A stretch of 64,000 nucleotides of DNA from Bacilli bacterium (lineage in GTDB: Bacteria; Bacillota_I; Bacilli_A; RFN20; CAG-826), in contig JAFUXB010000002.1 of NCBI GenBank assembly GCA_017477255.1, positions 29,996 through 93,995 on the forward strand, given 5' to 3'. The translations under genes were made by a program, and so were the position numbers. Positions 35,033-43,492 of the stretch are shown here, one piece after another. Position 1 is the first letter of the stretch, and every line of letters starts with the position of its first letter. The notes below the pieces were generated by a model that had not been told where the DNA came from, did no database searches, and was given only the letters and a program-made list of their open reading frames with translations.

Positions 35033-35930
35033 GTATATAATTAGTAGTAAATTAGTAGATTTGAGATTAGACAAGGCTTTAACATTACTTATTAAAAATT
35101 ATAGCCGAGTTTATTTTTCTAATGCTATTAAAAACGAAGAAATACTTGTTAATGGTAATGTTGTTTCCCCATCTTATAAAGTAAAAGAAAATGATGTAAT
35201 CACAATTGATTTTAAAGAAAAAGAACTAGATGATTCTATAAAAGGTTATGCTTTAGAACTAGATATTGTTTATGAAGATGATGATGTTTTAATTATTAAT
35301 AAGCCTCAAGGTCTTGTTGTTCATCCTGGAGACGGACATCACGATGACACTTTAGTTAATGCTTTAGTTTACAACAACAAAGAATTATCTACAGTAAATG
35401 GACTAAATAGAGTTGGTATTGTCCATAGAATCGATAAAGATACAAGTGGATTGCTTTTAGTTTGCAAAAACGATTATGCTCATAATTTTATTGCAGAACA
35501 ATTAAAAGATCATACAATGCATCGTGAATATATTGCTTTAGTAACAGGTGTAATTCCTAACGAAAGAGGAAAAATCATCGCTCCAATCGGAAGAGATAAG
35601 AACAACAGAATGAAAATGGCTGTAGATGTAGTTAATGGGAAAGAAGCTGTTACTCATTTTGAAGTTATTAAAAGATATGAAAAATATACTTTAATTAAAT
35701 GTAGATTAGAAACAGGAAGAACTCACCAAATTAGAGTTCATATGGAATATTTTAATCACCCAGTAGTTGGTGATCCTTTATATGGTAAAAATAATTGCTC
35801 TTTATATAATAATGGACAATTATTACATGCTTATAAATTAACTTTTATTCACCCAAGTACAAAAAAAGAGATGTCATTTGAAGCACCTCTTCCTAAATAT
35901 TTTGAAGAAATAATTGAGAAATTAAAATAA
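35022..35930 (+). CDS. rluD: RluA/RluD-family 23S rRNA pseudouridine synthase
   Basis: N-terminal S4-like domain, catalytic HRIDKDTSGLLLV, and GRTHQIRVH. GTG start overlaps the lspA stop. Confidence 0.9.
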   Translation: MENKYIISSKLVDLRLDKALTLLIKNYSRVYFSNAIKNEEILVNGNVVSPSYKVKENDVITIDFKEKELDDSIKGYALELDIVYEDDDVLIINKPQGLVVHPGDGHHDDTLVNALVYNNKELSTVNGLNRVGIVHRIDKDTSGLLLVCKNDYAHNFIAEQLKDHTMHREYIALVTGVIPNERGKIIAPIGRDKNNRMKMAVDVVNGKEAVTHFEVIKRYEKYTLIKCRLETGRTHQIRVHMEYFNHPVVGDPLYGKNNCSLYNNGQLLHAYKLTFIHPSTKKEMSFEAPLPKYFEEIIEKLK

Positions 35931-36842
35931 TTTTATTTCGATTAAATCTTTATAATTTCTAAAATTGGCTTTGCAGAAGTTCTTAAAGTTTTCTAAACCA
36001 AATTTTTCAACATACTTTTTAGCAAACTCATCAGCCTCTTTACCAGCACCTAAAGGAATTTTCATTCCGATTTTCTTTCCAATAAAGTCAACTTCTGATA
36101 ATAAATAATATCTTGCAATACAACTAGCTAAAGCAACACTTGGGAAATAAGTTTCACCTTTTTCTTTGAAAATAATGCCTTTTTCAACAGTATTTATGCC
36201 TTCTAAGGCTTTATAATAGTTTTCTTCAGGTGTAAATTGGTCAACATAAACATTTTTAACATAAGGACATCTCTTATGAAGTTCTAATAAGACGTGATTA
36301 TGCAAAATACATTTAATTTTGTTTATATTAAAGCCTTTTTCGTAGGCATTGTTATATCTTTCATTAGATAAAACTTTATATTCATAATGAACTTTTTTAA
36401 GAAGTTGAGGAACAATTTCTAATATTTTTTCATCTGTAAGCTTTTTACTATCTTTAATATCAAGTTCTTCAAGAATTTTCATTGCATCATGATCAACAAA
36501 AGCAGCACAAACTACGATTGGAGCTAAAAAATCTCCAGTTCCAACTTCATCGCTACCAATCTGAGCATCGACATCAATAAAATACAACGATTCTTTATTT
36601 TCTTTTTTCTTTTTTGGGAAAAGAAGAGGATCATCACAATATTTTTTAGCTATTTCGATATGGTTTTCACCTTGAATTGTAACTTTAAAACTAACTCCCT
36701 TTTTGTTTTCATATGCAGTAATGATATTTGTTTCAGTTCTTGCAACAAAAAGAATATAACCAATGTTTCTATCGGTTATAAAAGCGCCATAATCATTTTC
36801 AATCTGGCTAAGGGTTTCTTTATCAACCTTTATAGTAATCAT
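35922..36842 (-). CDS. rnhC: Ribonuclease HIII
   Basis: 306 aa. N-terminal RNase HIII-specific domain, then catalytic GSDEVGTGDFLAPIVVCAAFV. It is near mutS2, as in Bacillus. Confidence 0.9.
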   Translation of the reverse strand: MITIKVDKETLSQIENDYGAFITDRNIGYILFVARTETNIITAYENKKGVSFKVTIQGENHIEIAKKYCDDPLLFPKKKKENKESLYFIDVDAQIGSDEVGTGDFLAPIVVCAAFVDHDAMKILEELDIKDSKKLTDEKILEIVPQLLKKVHYEYKVLSNERYNNAYEKGFNINKIKCILHNHVLLELHKRCPYVKNVYVDQFTPEENYYKALEGINTVEKGIIFKEKGETYFPSVALASCIARYYLLSEVDFIGKKIGMKIPLGAGKEADEFAKKYVEKFGLENFKNFCKANFRNYKDLIEIKLF

Positions 36843-36849
36843 TGTTAAT

Positions 36850-36882
36850 ATAATAACATAAAATCGGTTTTTGTGCTATCAT
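36850..36882. promoter_or_regulatory. Back-to-back -10 elements, each 7 nt from a start codon (leaderless-type promoters for rnhC and mutS2)
   Basis: Minus strand: TATTAT (complement of 36850-36855), 7 nt, then the rnhC ATG (36842). Plus strand: extended -10 TGcTATCAT (36874-36882), 7 nt, then the mutS2 ATG (36890). Neither gene has an SD. Confidence 0.45.
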
Positions 36883-36889
36883 AGAACAT

Positions 36890-39196
36890 ATGGAAAATAC
36901 TTTTTATACATTACAAATAGATAAAATTATAGAAAATTTATCTAAATATTTAAAAACTGGTTCAGGTAAAAAGTTAGTTAGTAATTTAGAATGCTTTAAT
37001 TCTTTTGATCAAATCGAACTAGGTTATAAAAGATTAGACGATGCAATGCGTATTGTTTCAATTTACGGAGATTTTCCATTTAGTAATAATATAGAAATTA
37101 AGCCTTTATTAGATAATGCTAAAAAAGGAACATATTTTGATGAAGTTACTATTAATTTAATTAAAAACGAAATATTAAATGTTAAAGAAATTATTAAATA
37201 TTTTAAAAATGTTGATGTAGAATTTAATTTTTTAAAAAAGATTATTGAAAAGTTTGAATACATTGACCCTTTATATCAAAAAATAATTAATGTAATTAGC
37301 CCTGATAATATCGTTATGGACAGTGCTAGTGAAAAATTAAAAGAAGCACGTTCAAAAATAAGAAAACTTGAAAAAGAGATTAGAAAAACGATATCTTCGT
37401 TAGTTTCTTCATATAAAGACTATTTAGCAGGAGAAAACTATGTTTTACGTGATGGCAGATTCGTTTTACCTATTAATACAAGCTATAAATCGTTTGTTCC
37501 TGGAGTAATTCACGATATTAGTGATAGTGGCCAAACAACTTTTATTGAACCTACAAACATTGTAAATTTTGAAAATGAGAAACATTTAAACGAATTAATA
37601 GAAAAAGATGAGGTAGAACGCATTTTAAAGGACCTTACAGCAACAATTTTGCGTTATAGTGAGCAATTACTAACAAACAATAAAACAGTCGGCATACTCG
37701 ATTTATTAAACGCTAAAGTTAAATATGCTAAAGAAATTAAGGGAATTGTTCCTGAATTAACTAAAGAACGCATGTTTAATTTAAAAAATGCACGCCATCC
37801 TTTATTAGATCAACAAGTTGTAGTAGGCAATGACTTTGCTTTAAATAATGAAAAAACATTAATGCTTATTAGTGGACCAAATGCCGGTGGTAAGACAATT
37901 GCTTTAAAAACAGTAGGGGTTATAGCTTATTTAACAAAGCTTATTTTTCCTTTACCAATAGACGAAGGAAGCAATGTTTGTGTGTTCTCAAAAATACATA
38001 CAATTATTGGTGATAATCAATCTTTAGAAAATAATCTGTCAACATTTAGTTCTCATATAAATGATATTTCAGTAGTTTTAAAGTCGATTTCTAGTAGAGA
38101 TTTAGTAGTTATTGATGAATTAGGAACTGGAACAGATCCTAAAGAAGGCGACGCATTATCTGTTTCAATTGTTGAGTATTTATTAGAAAAAGGATGCTTG
38201 TCTTTAGTATCATCTCACTTTCCATTATTGAAGAATTTTGGAATCAGTAATTCAAAAATAATGAATGCTTCATTTGTTTTTGATGAAGAAAAAATAGAAC
38301 CAACTTTCAAAATGGTTTCAGGAATAAGTGGAAAATCATATGGTTTTCTAATTGCTCAAAAGTTTGGATTGGATAAAAGCATAATTAATGAAGCTAAAAG
38401 AATCTATAACAAGAATTATAAGACCAAAATTGATATTAAAATTGAAGATCTAGATGAAAAAGAGAAGGATTTAGTTAAGAAAATAGCTGAAGTTGATGAA
38501 AAATTAAAGATTCAAAATCAAAAATTAAAAGAAATAGAAGCGAAAGAAAAACAACTTTCAGAAAAAGAAGAAAAGCTCAAAAACAAGAAAATAGATGATT
38601 TAGATGAGTTAATTGATTCAAAAATAGCTGAAATTGATGAAATTGTTAATGATTTTAAAGAAGAAAAGAATTTAAAAGTAGCTGAAGAAAAGCAAAAAGA
38701 AATAGCAAATAAGTCACTAAAAGAACAAAATAACGAGTTTTTAGCTGTAAATGACTCAATCATCGTAAAATCTTTAGGAATTAGCGGAAAAATCGTTGAA
38801 ATTAAGAAAAATAAAGTGTCTGTAATTACTGAAGAAGGCTTAAAAATAACAGTTAATAAAGAACTCTGTGAGAAAAATTATGATGAAAAGCCTGCAAAAA
38901 AGAAAATTTCAAGCATAAATGTTGATAAACAAATTAGCCAAGATAAAATAGTAACTATGAGCTTAAACCTAATTGGTTTAAGAGTTGATGAAGCTATTCC
39001 AATTTTAGAAAAATATCTTGATAATTGTATTATTAAAAAGTACAAAGAAGTAACAATTATTCATGGTTATGGTACTGGTCAATTAAGAAATGCTGTACAT
39101 CAATGCTTAAAAAAGAACAAATTTGTGCATTCTTTTGAACTTGGTGGCGGATATGACGGAAATAGTGGCTCTACAGTAGTTAAATTTTATGAATGA
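36890..39196 (+). CDS. mutS2: Endonuclease MutS2 (Smr domain-containing)
   Basis: Walker A GPNAGGKT, DELGTGTDP, a long K/E-rich coiled-coil, and a C-terminal Smr domain (LNLIGLRVDEA...IIHGYGTGQLR). Confidence 0.93.
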   Translation: MENTFYTLQIDKIIENLSKYLKTGSGKKLVSNLECFNSFDQIELGYKRLDDAMRIVSIYGDFPFSNNIEIKPLLDNAKKGTYFDEVTINLIKNEILNVKEIIKYFKNVDVEFNFLKKIIEKFEYIDPLYQKIINVISPDNIVMDSASEKLKEARSKIRKLEKEIRKTISSLVSSYKDYLAGENYVLRDGRFVLPINTSYKSFVPGVIHDISDSGQTTFIEPTNIVNFENEKHLNELIEKDEVERILKDLTATILRYSEQLLTNNKTVGILDLLNAKVKYAKEIKGIVPELTKERMFNLKNARHPLLDQQVVVGNDFALNNEKTLMLISGPNAGGKTIALKTVGVIAYLTKLIFPLPIDEGSNVCVFSKIHTIIGDNQSLENNLSTFSSHINDISVVLKSISSRDLVVIDELGTGTDPKEGDALSVSIVEYLLEKGCLSLVSSHFPLLKNFGISNSKIMNASFVFDEEKIEPTFKMVSGISGKSYGFLIAQKFGLDKSIINEAKRIYNKNYKTKIDIKIEDLDEKEKDLVKKIAEVDEKLKIQNQKLKEIEAKEKQLSEKEEKLKNKKIDDLDELIDSKIAEIDEIVNDFKEEKNLKVAEEKQKEIANKSLKEQNNEFLAVNDSIIVKSLGISGKIVEIKKNKVSVITEEGLKITVNKELCEKNYDEKPAKKKISSINVDKQISQDKIVTMSLNLIGLRVDEAIPILEKYLDNCIIKKYKEVTIIHGYGTGQLRNAVHQCLKKNKFVHSFELGGGYDGNSGSTVVKFYE

Positions 39197-40949
39197 AAGA
39201 ATTAAAAACGATATAAATCTTTTACCTGATAAGCCAGGTGTTTATCAAATGTTTGATAAAGATGGAACTATTATTTATGTTGGAAAAGCAAAAAACTTAA
39301 AAAATAGGGTTTCACAATACTTTTTGAATGCACAAGTGGGTAAAACTTTTGCGATGGTATCGCATGTTGATCATTTCCAAATAATAATTACTAATAATGA
39401 AAAAGAGGCGTTTTTGCTTGAAATGAATCTCATTCAAAAATATATGCCTAGATACAATATTTTATTAAAAGATGATAAACATTACCCATATATTGCAATT
39501 CATAATGTTAAACATCCATATATTTCAATTGCTAGAAAAATAAATGATAAAAGATGCGAATATTTCGGACCATATCCACGTAGTAGCAGTGCTTTTGATG
39601 TAATAGATTTACTTAATAAATTATATCCTTTAAGAAAATGCAACACTGTTCCTAAAACTGCATGTCTTTATTATCATTTAGGTCAATGCCTAGGTCCTTG
39701 TATTAGAGAAGTAACTAAAGAAGAATATGATGAAATTCTCGATTCAATCAGAAGATTTTTAAAAGGTGATAACAAAGAAGTACTTTCTAAATTAAAAGCT
39801 CAAATTAAAGAATTAAGCAATAATTTAGAGTTTGAAAGAGCCAATGAATTAAAGAAATATTATGAAGCAATCTTGCATATTAATGATCAACAGCATATTG
39901 AACTTCAAGATAAAGTTGATCGTGATATTTTTGCCTTCTATACACAAGAAAATTACTGTTCTTTATCGCTTTTTATTTATAGAAAAGGTGAATTAATCGG
40001 AAAACGTAATTTTACTTATGAAATCATTGGTGATTTAAATGAATTTATTGTGAATCTTATTTCTCAATATTATGAATATAATCTTTTACCTAAAGAAATT
40101 GTTGTAGGAACTGAAGAAATTAAAGAAAGATTAGAAAGCTTACTTGATGCAAAGATTGTTACAACAACAAGAGGTAAATTGTTCGATTTAATCGGAGTAG
40201 TTCAAGAAAATGCTAAAGATGATCTTAAAGAACATTTCGTTTCAGCTAGATTAGATGATGATAAACTAGAAGTATTAGAAAGACTTGGAGAAATTTTACA
40301 TATTCCAACTCCATATAATATTGAATTATTTGATAATTCACATTTACAAGGTACAAACGCTATAGGAGCAATGGTAAATTTTATCAATGGTGAACCAAAT
40401 AAAAGGGGTTATAGAACATATAATATAATGTCTGAAAATAAAAAAGACGACCTTTCTAGCATGGAAGAAGTATTGACTAGACGCTATTCAAGACTTCGTG
40501 ATGAAGGACAAAAATTCCCAGATCTTGTAATTCTTGATGGTGGCGAAAATCAATTGAATATTGGTAAAAAAGTATTTAATCAGTTGAATATTAGTATAAA
40601 TTTAGTAGGTTTAGTTAAAAGTGATAAACATAAAACTAATGGATTATTAGATGTAAATGGCAATGAATTTTACTTCGAAGATGATAAGCCATTATTCTAC
40701 ATGCTTACTCGAATGCAAGATGAAGTTCATAGATTTGCTATCAAAACTCACATAAAAAAACGTAGTAAATCTGTATTTGTAAGCATTTTTGATGGTATTG
40801 AAGGATTGGGTCCTAAAAAAAGAGAGCTTTTATTAAAGCGTTTTAACACTATTGAAGAACTTAGTAATGCATCATTGGAAGAATTTGAGCAAATTTTACC
40901 TAAAAATATTGCATTACAACTGTATAATAAATTACGAGGTATCGAATGA
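39189..40949 (+). CDS. uvrC: Excinuclease ABC subunit C
   Basis: GIY-YIG (PGVYQMFDKDGTIIYVGKAKNLKNRV), UVR domain (FERANELKKYYEAI), endonuclease domain (IELFDNSHLQG), and a C-terminal HhH. Confidence 0.95.
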   Translation: MNERIKNDINLLPDKPGVYQMFDKDGTIIYVGKAKNLKNRVSQYFLNAQVGKTFAMVSHVDHFQIIITNNEKEAFLLEMNLIQKYMPRYNILLKDDKHYPYIAIHNVKHPYISIARKINDKRCEYFGPYPRSSSAFDVIDLLNKLYPLRKCNTVPKTACLYYHLGQCLGPCIREVTKEEYDEILDSIRRFLKGDNKEVLSKLKAQIKELSNNLEFERANELKKYYEAILHINDQQHIELQDKVDRDIFAFYTQENYCSLSLFIYRKGELIGKRNFTYEIIGDLNEFIVNLISQYYEYNLLPKEIVVGTEEIKERLESLLDAKIVTTTRGKLFDLIGVVQENAKDDLKEHFVSARLDDDKLEVLERLGEILHIPTPYNIELFDNSHLQGTNAIGAMVNFINGEPNKRGYRTYNIMSENKKDDLSSMEEVLTRRYSRLRDEGQKFPDLVILDGGENQLNIGKKVFNQLNISINLVGLVKSDKHKTNGLLDVNGNEFYFEDDKPLFYMLTRMQDEVHRFAIKTHIKKRSKSVFVSIFDGIEGLGPKKRELLLKRFNTIEELSNASLEEFEQILPKNIALQLYNKLRGIE

Positions 40950-41917
40950 AAAAAGAAATAGAAGTTACAATAGAAAAAGACAATAGAGATATTGAAGCTA
41001 TTAAAAAAGATATATTTGAAACTGAAGATTCTAAAGAATTAATTGGCTTATTGTATGCATTAATGGAAGAAAAAGAATTCGATTTAATCGATGAATGTTG
41101 CAAAAAAAGAGCTGAATTATTAGAAGGCGAATCTTTAGCCGATTATATTGTTTTTTCACTTGTTTATTTAAATTTTAGACAAGTTCCTGAAGAAAAAATT
41201 GCTGAAACTATTGAACATTTTAGAAGTATGCCTTATAAATCACAAGAAATTGAAGAAATTTTAAATAATTTATATCAAATTAACGAAAATATTAAATCTT
41301 CAATCTTGGTTAATCCAAAAGATGAGAATAACATCAAAGAAGTTATGAATAATTTAACTTATGGATCAAATGATGTCGTATTTGAAAATGTCTTAACACT
41401 TATTAATTTATATGAAGCTGAAGGTGTTGATTTTAGTAAGAAAATTGTAAAAATTTTACATGATAGAGATGATTATGATGAAGGCTATTTCTATATGTTA
41501 ATTTATTTATTCTGTACAAAAAACAACGATGAAATCGTATTTTATAAAGATGGTATCGAACAAAGAGTTGTTCCTTCAAAATATAGTGAAGTCTATGAGA
41601 ACTATTTGGCAAGAATCCTAAATTGTAATCAAACAATAATTGATAATACTAAAAATGTCTCCGTTACATCTGGAATTATGGTTTATGCAATTATGCTTTT
41701 AAGTGAACTTTTCCCTGATAGATTTGATAATATCGATATCGAATCAATGTGTGCATCGATATTTAAGTTTATGTGTGAGCAATTTGCATATGATTATGAA
41801 TCAGATCCAGCTTATATAAAACTTGAGAAAAATGAAGATGAAATCTCTAAATTTGATAATATGATTGCATGTTTATTTAAAGAAGACGAGACAATAGATC
41901 CATCTAGACTTGCTTAA
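40946..41917 (+). CDS. Hypothetical acidic, probably all-helical cytoplasmic protein (323 aa)
   Basis: ATGA overlap with the uvrC stop suggests translational coupling. No motif I recognise, no TM segments. Confidence 0.5.
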   Translation: MKKEIEVTIEKDNRDIEAIKKDIFETEDSKELIGLLYALMEEKEFDLIDECCKKRAELLEGESLADYIVFSLVYLNFRQVPEEKIAETIEHFRSMPYKSQEIEEILNNLYQINENIKSSILVNPKDENNIKEVMNNLTYGSNDVVFENVLTLINLYEAEGVDFSKKIVKILHDRDDYDEGYFYMLIYLFCTKNNDEIVFYKDGIEQRVVPSKYSEVYENYLARILNCNQTIIDNTKNVSVTSGIMVYAIMLLSELFPDRFDNIDIESMCASIFKFMCEQFAYDYESDPAYIKLEKNEDEISKFDNMIACLFKEDETIDPSRLA

Positions 41918-41930
41918 TTTAAATGCAGAA

Positions 41931-41966
41931 AATAGTTCAATTTAATTGGACTATTTTTTATTTTTG
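41931..41966 (+). terminator. Rho-independent terminator after the uvrC operon
   Basis: 10-bp stem AATAGTTCAA (41932-41941) / TTGGACTATT (41947-41956) with one G-U pair, 5-nt loop, then a T-run. Confidence 0.75.
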
Positions 41967-42008
41967 TAAACTTTATTTAAATCTCTATTAAATTACAATG
42001 TAATTTAT

Positions 42009-42037
42009 TTGAAAATAATGCGAGTTTTCTATATAAT
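42009..42037 (+). promoter_or_regulatory. Near-consensus promoter for tig: TTGAAA-N17-TATAAT
   Basis: TTGAAA at 42009-42014, TATAAT at 42032-42037. Confidence 0.7.
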
Positions 42038-42068
42038 CTACCTTGTACGCATATAAGGAGAATTATAT

Positions 42069-43487
42069 ATGGAAACAAAATTAGTAGAAAAAGGCAACAG
42101 TATTGTTGAGGTTACTGTTGCAATTGAAAAGGACCCATGGAAGGCTAATCAAGAAAAAGCATTAAGAAAATTAGCTGAAAAAGTTGAATTAAAAGGTTTT
42201 AGAAAAGGAAAAGTACCATTTGAAATGGCAAAAGATCATGTTTCACCAGTAGATGCAATGAATGAAGCAATCAATCTTTCATTAAATGATCTTTATAAAA
42301 CAGCATTAGTTGAAAATAAACTTCAACCTTATGGTGATCCAGCAGTTAATGTTACAAAAGTTAGTAACGAAGAATTAGAAGTCGTCTTTACTATCACATT
42401 AATGCCAACTGTTGAACTTGGTCAATATAAAGACTTAAACATCGAAGAACCTGCAATTAAAGTCTCAACTGAAGAAGTTGATGCAAGCTTAAAAGTAGTC
42501 TTAGATGAAAACAGCGAATTAGTCATTAAAGAAGGTCCAGCAGCTTTAGGTGACACTGTTGTTATGGATTTCGTTGGCTATACTGATGGAAAAGAATTTG
42601 ATGGCGGAAGCGCTAAAAACTACGAATTAGTCTTAGGAAGTAACCAATTTATCCCAGGATTTGAAGATCAATTAGTTGGTGCAACTGCTGAATCAGTAGT
42701 CAAAGTTAATGTTAAATTCCCAGAACAATATGTTAAAGAATTAGCTGGAAAAGATGCATTATTTGTTTGTACAATTCACGAAATTAAAGAAAAGAAATTA
42801 CCTGAATTAAACGATGAATTCGTTGCAAGTTTAGGTCTTGAAAATGTTAAAACTGTTGATGATTTAAGAAATCAAGAAAGAGCAAAACTTGTTTCACAAA
42901 AACATCATGATGCTCATGAACAAGTATTCTTAACAGTTTTAGATAAAGTTATTGAAGGATCAAAATTCAATATCGCTGATTCAGTCCTAGCAAATGAAGC
43001 TGAAGCAGTTAAAAAAGAAATGACTCAACAAATTGAACAAAACGGTATTACTTTAGAACAATATAAAGAAATTACTGGTCAAACTGATGAAACTTTAGCA
43101 GAACAATTCAAAACTCAAGGTTTAAGAAGACTTCAAGAATTCTTAGTTTTATTCAAAGTTGGTGAAGTTGAAAAAATCGGTTTAACTCAAAAAGAAGTTG
43201 ATGATTATTATCAAAACGTTGCTAACCAATATGGAATGGAACTTGCTCAAGTTAAAGAAATTCTTGGTAAAAACGAAGATAGAATCAGACAAAATCTCGT
43301 TCAAGGAAAGATTGAACAATTTATCTTAAATAGTAATTTAAAACACAAAGAAGCTCCAAAAGCTGAAGCAAAAGAAGAAAAAAAGGCTGAAAAGAAAGAA
43401 GAAAAACCAGCAGCCGCTAAAAAAGCCCCAGCTAAAAAAGCTACAACAACCAAAAAAACAACAACTAAAAAGGAGGAGAGTAAATAG
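42069..43487 (+). CDS. tig: Trigger factor with Lys/Ala/Thr-rich basic C-terminal extension
   Basis: N-terminal ribosome-binding motif GFRKGKVP, FKBP PPIase core (GDTVVMDFVGYTDGKEFDGG...FIPGFEDQLVG). AAGGAG SD. Confidence 0.95.
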   Translation: METKLVEKGNSIVEVTVAIEKDPWKANQEKALRKLAEKVELKGFRKGKVPFEMAKDHVSPVDAMNEAINLSLNDLYKTALVENKLQPYGDPAVNVTKVSNEELEVVFTITLMPTVELGQYKDLNIEEPAIKVSTEEVDASLKVVLDENSELVIKEGPAALGDTVVMDFVGYTDGKEFDGGSAKNYELVLGSNQFIPGFEDQLVGATAESVVKVNVKFPEQYVKELAGKDALFVCTIHEIKEKKLPELNDEFVASLGLENVKTVDDLRNQERAKLVSQKHHDAHEQVFLTVLDKVIEGSKFNIADSVLANEAEAVKKEMTQQIEQNGITLEQYKEITGQTDETLAEQFKTQGLRRLQEFLVLFKVGEVEKIGLTQKEVDDYYQNVANQYGMELAQVKEILGKNEDRIRQNLVQGKIEQFILNSNLKHKEAPKAEAKEEKKAEKKEEKPAAAKKAPAKKATTTKKTTTKKEESK

Positions 43488-43492
43488 TAATT

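Noticed and set aside
35922-35930. 9-nt convergent 3' overlap of rluD and rnhC (TTAAAATAA read on both strands)
   Set aside because: This is trivial compaction in a dense genome. There is no structure or signal beyond the shared stop codons.
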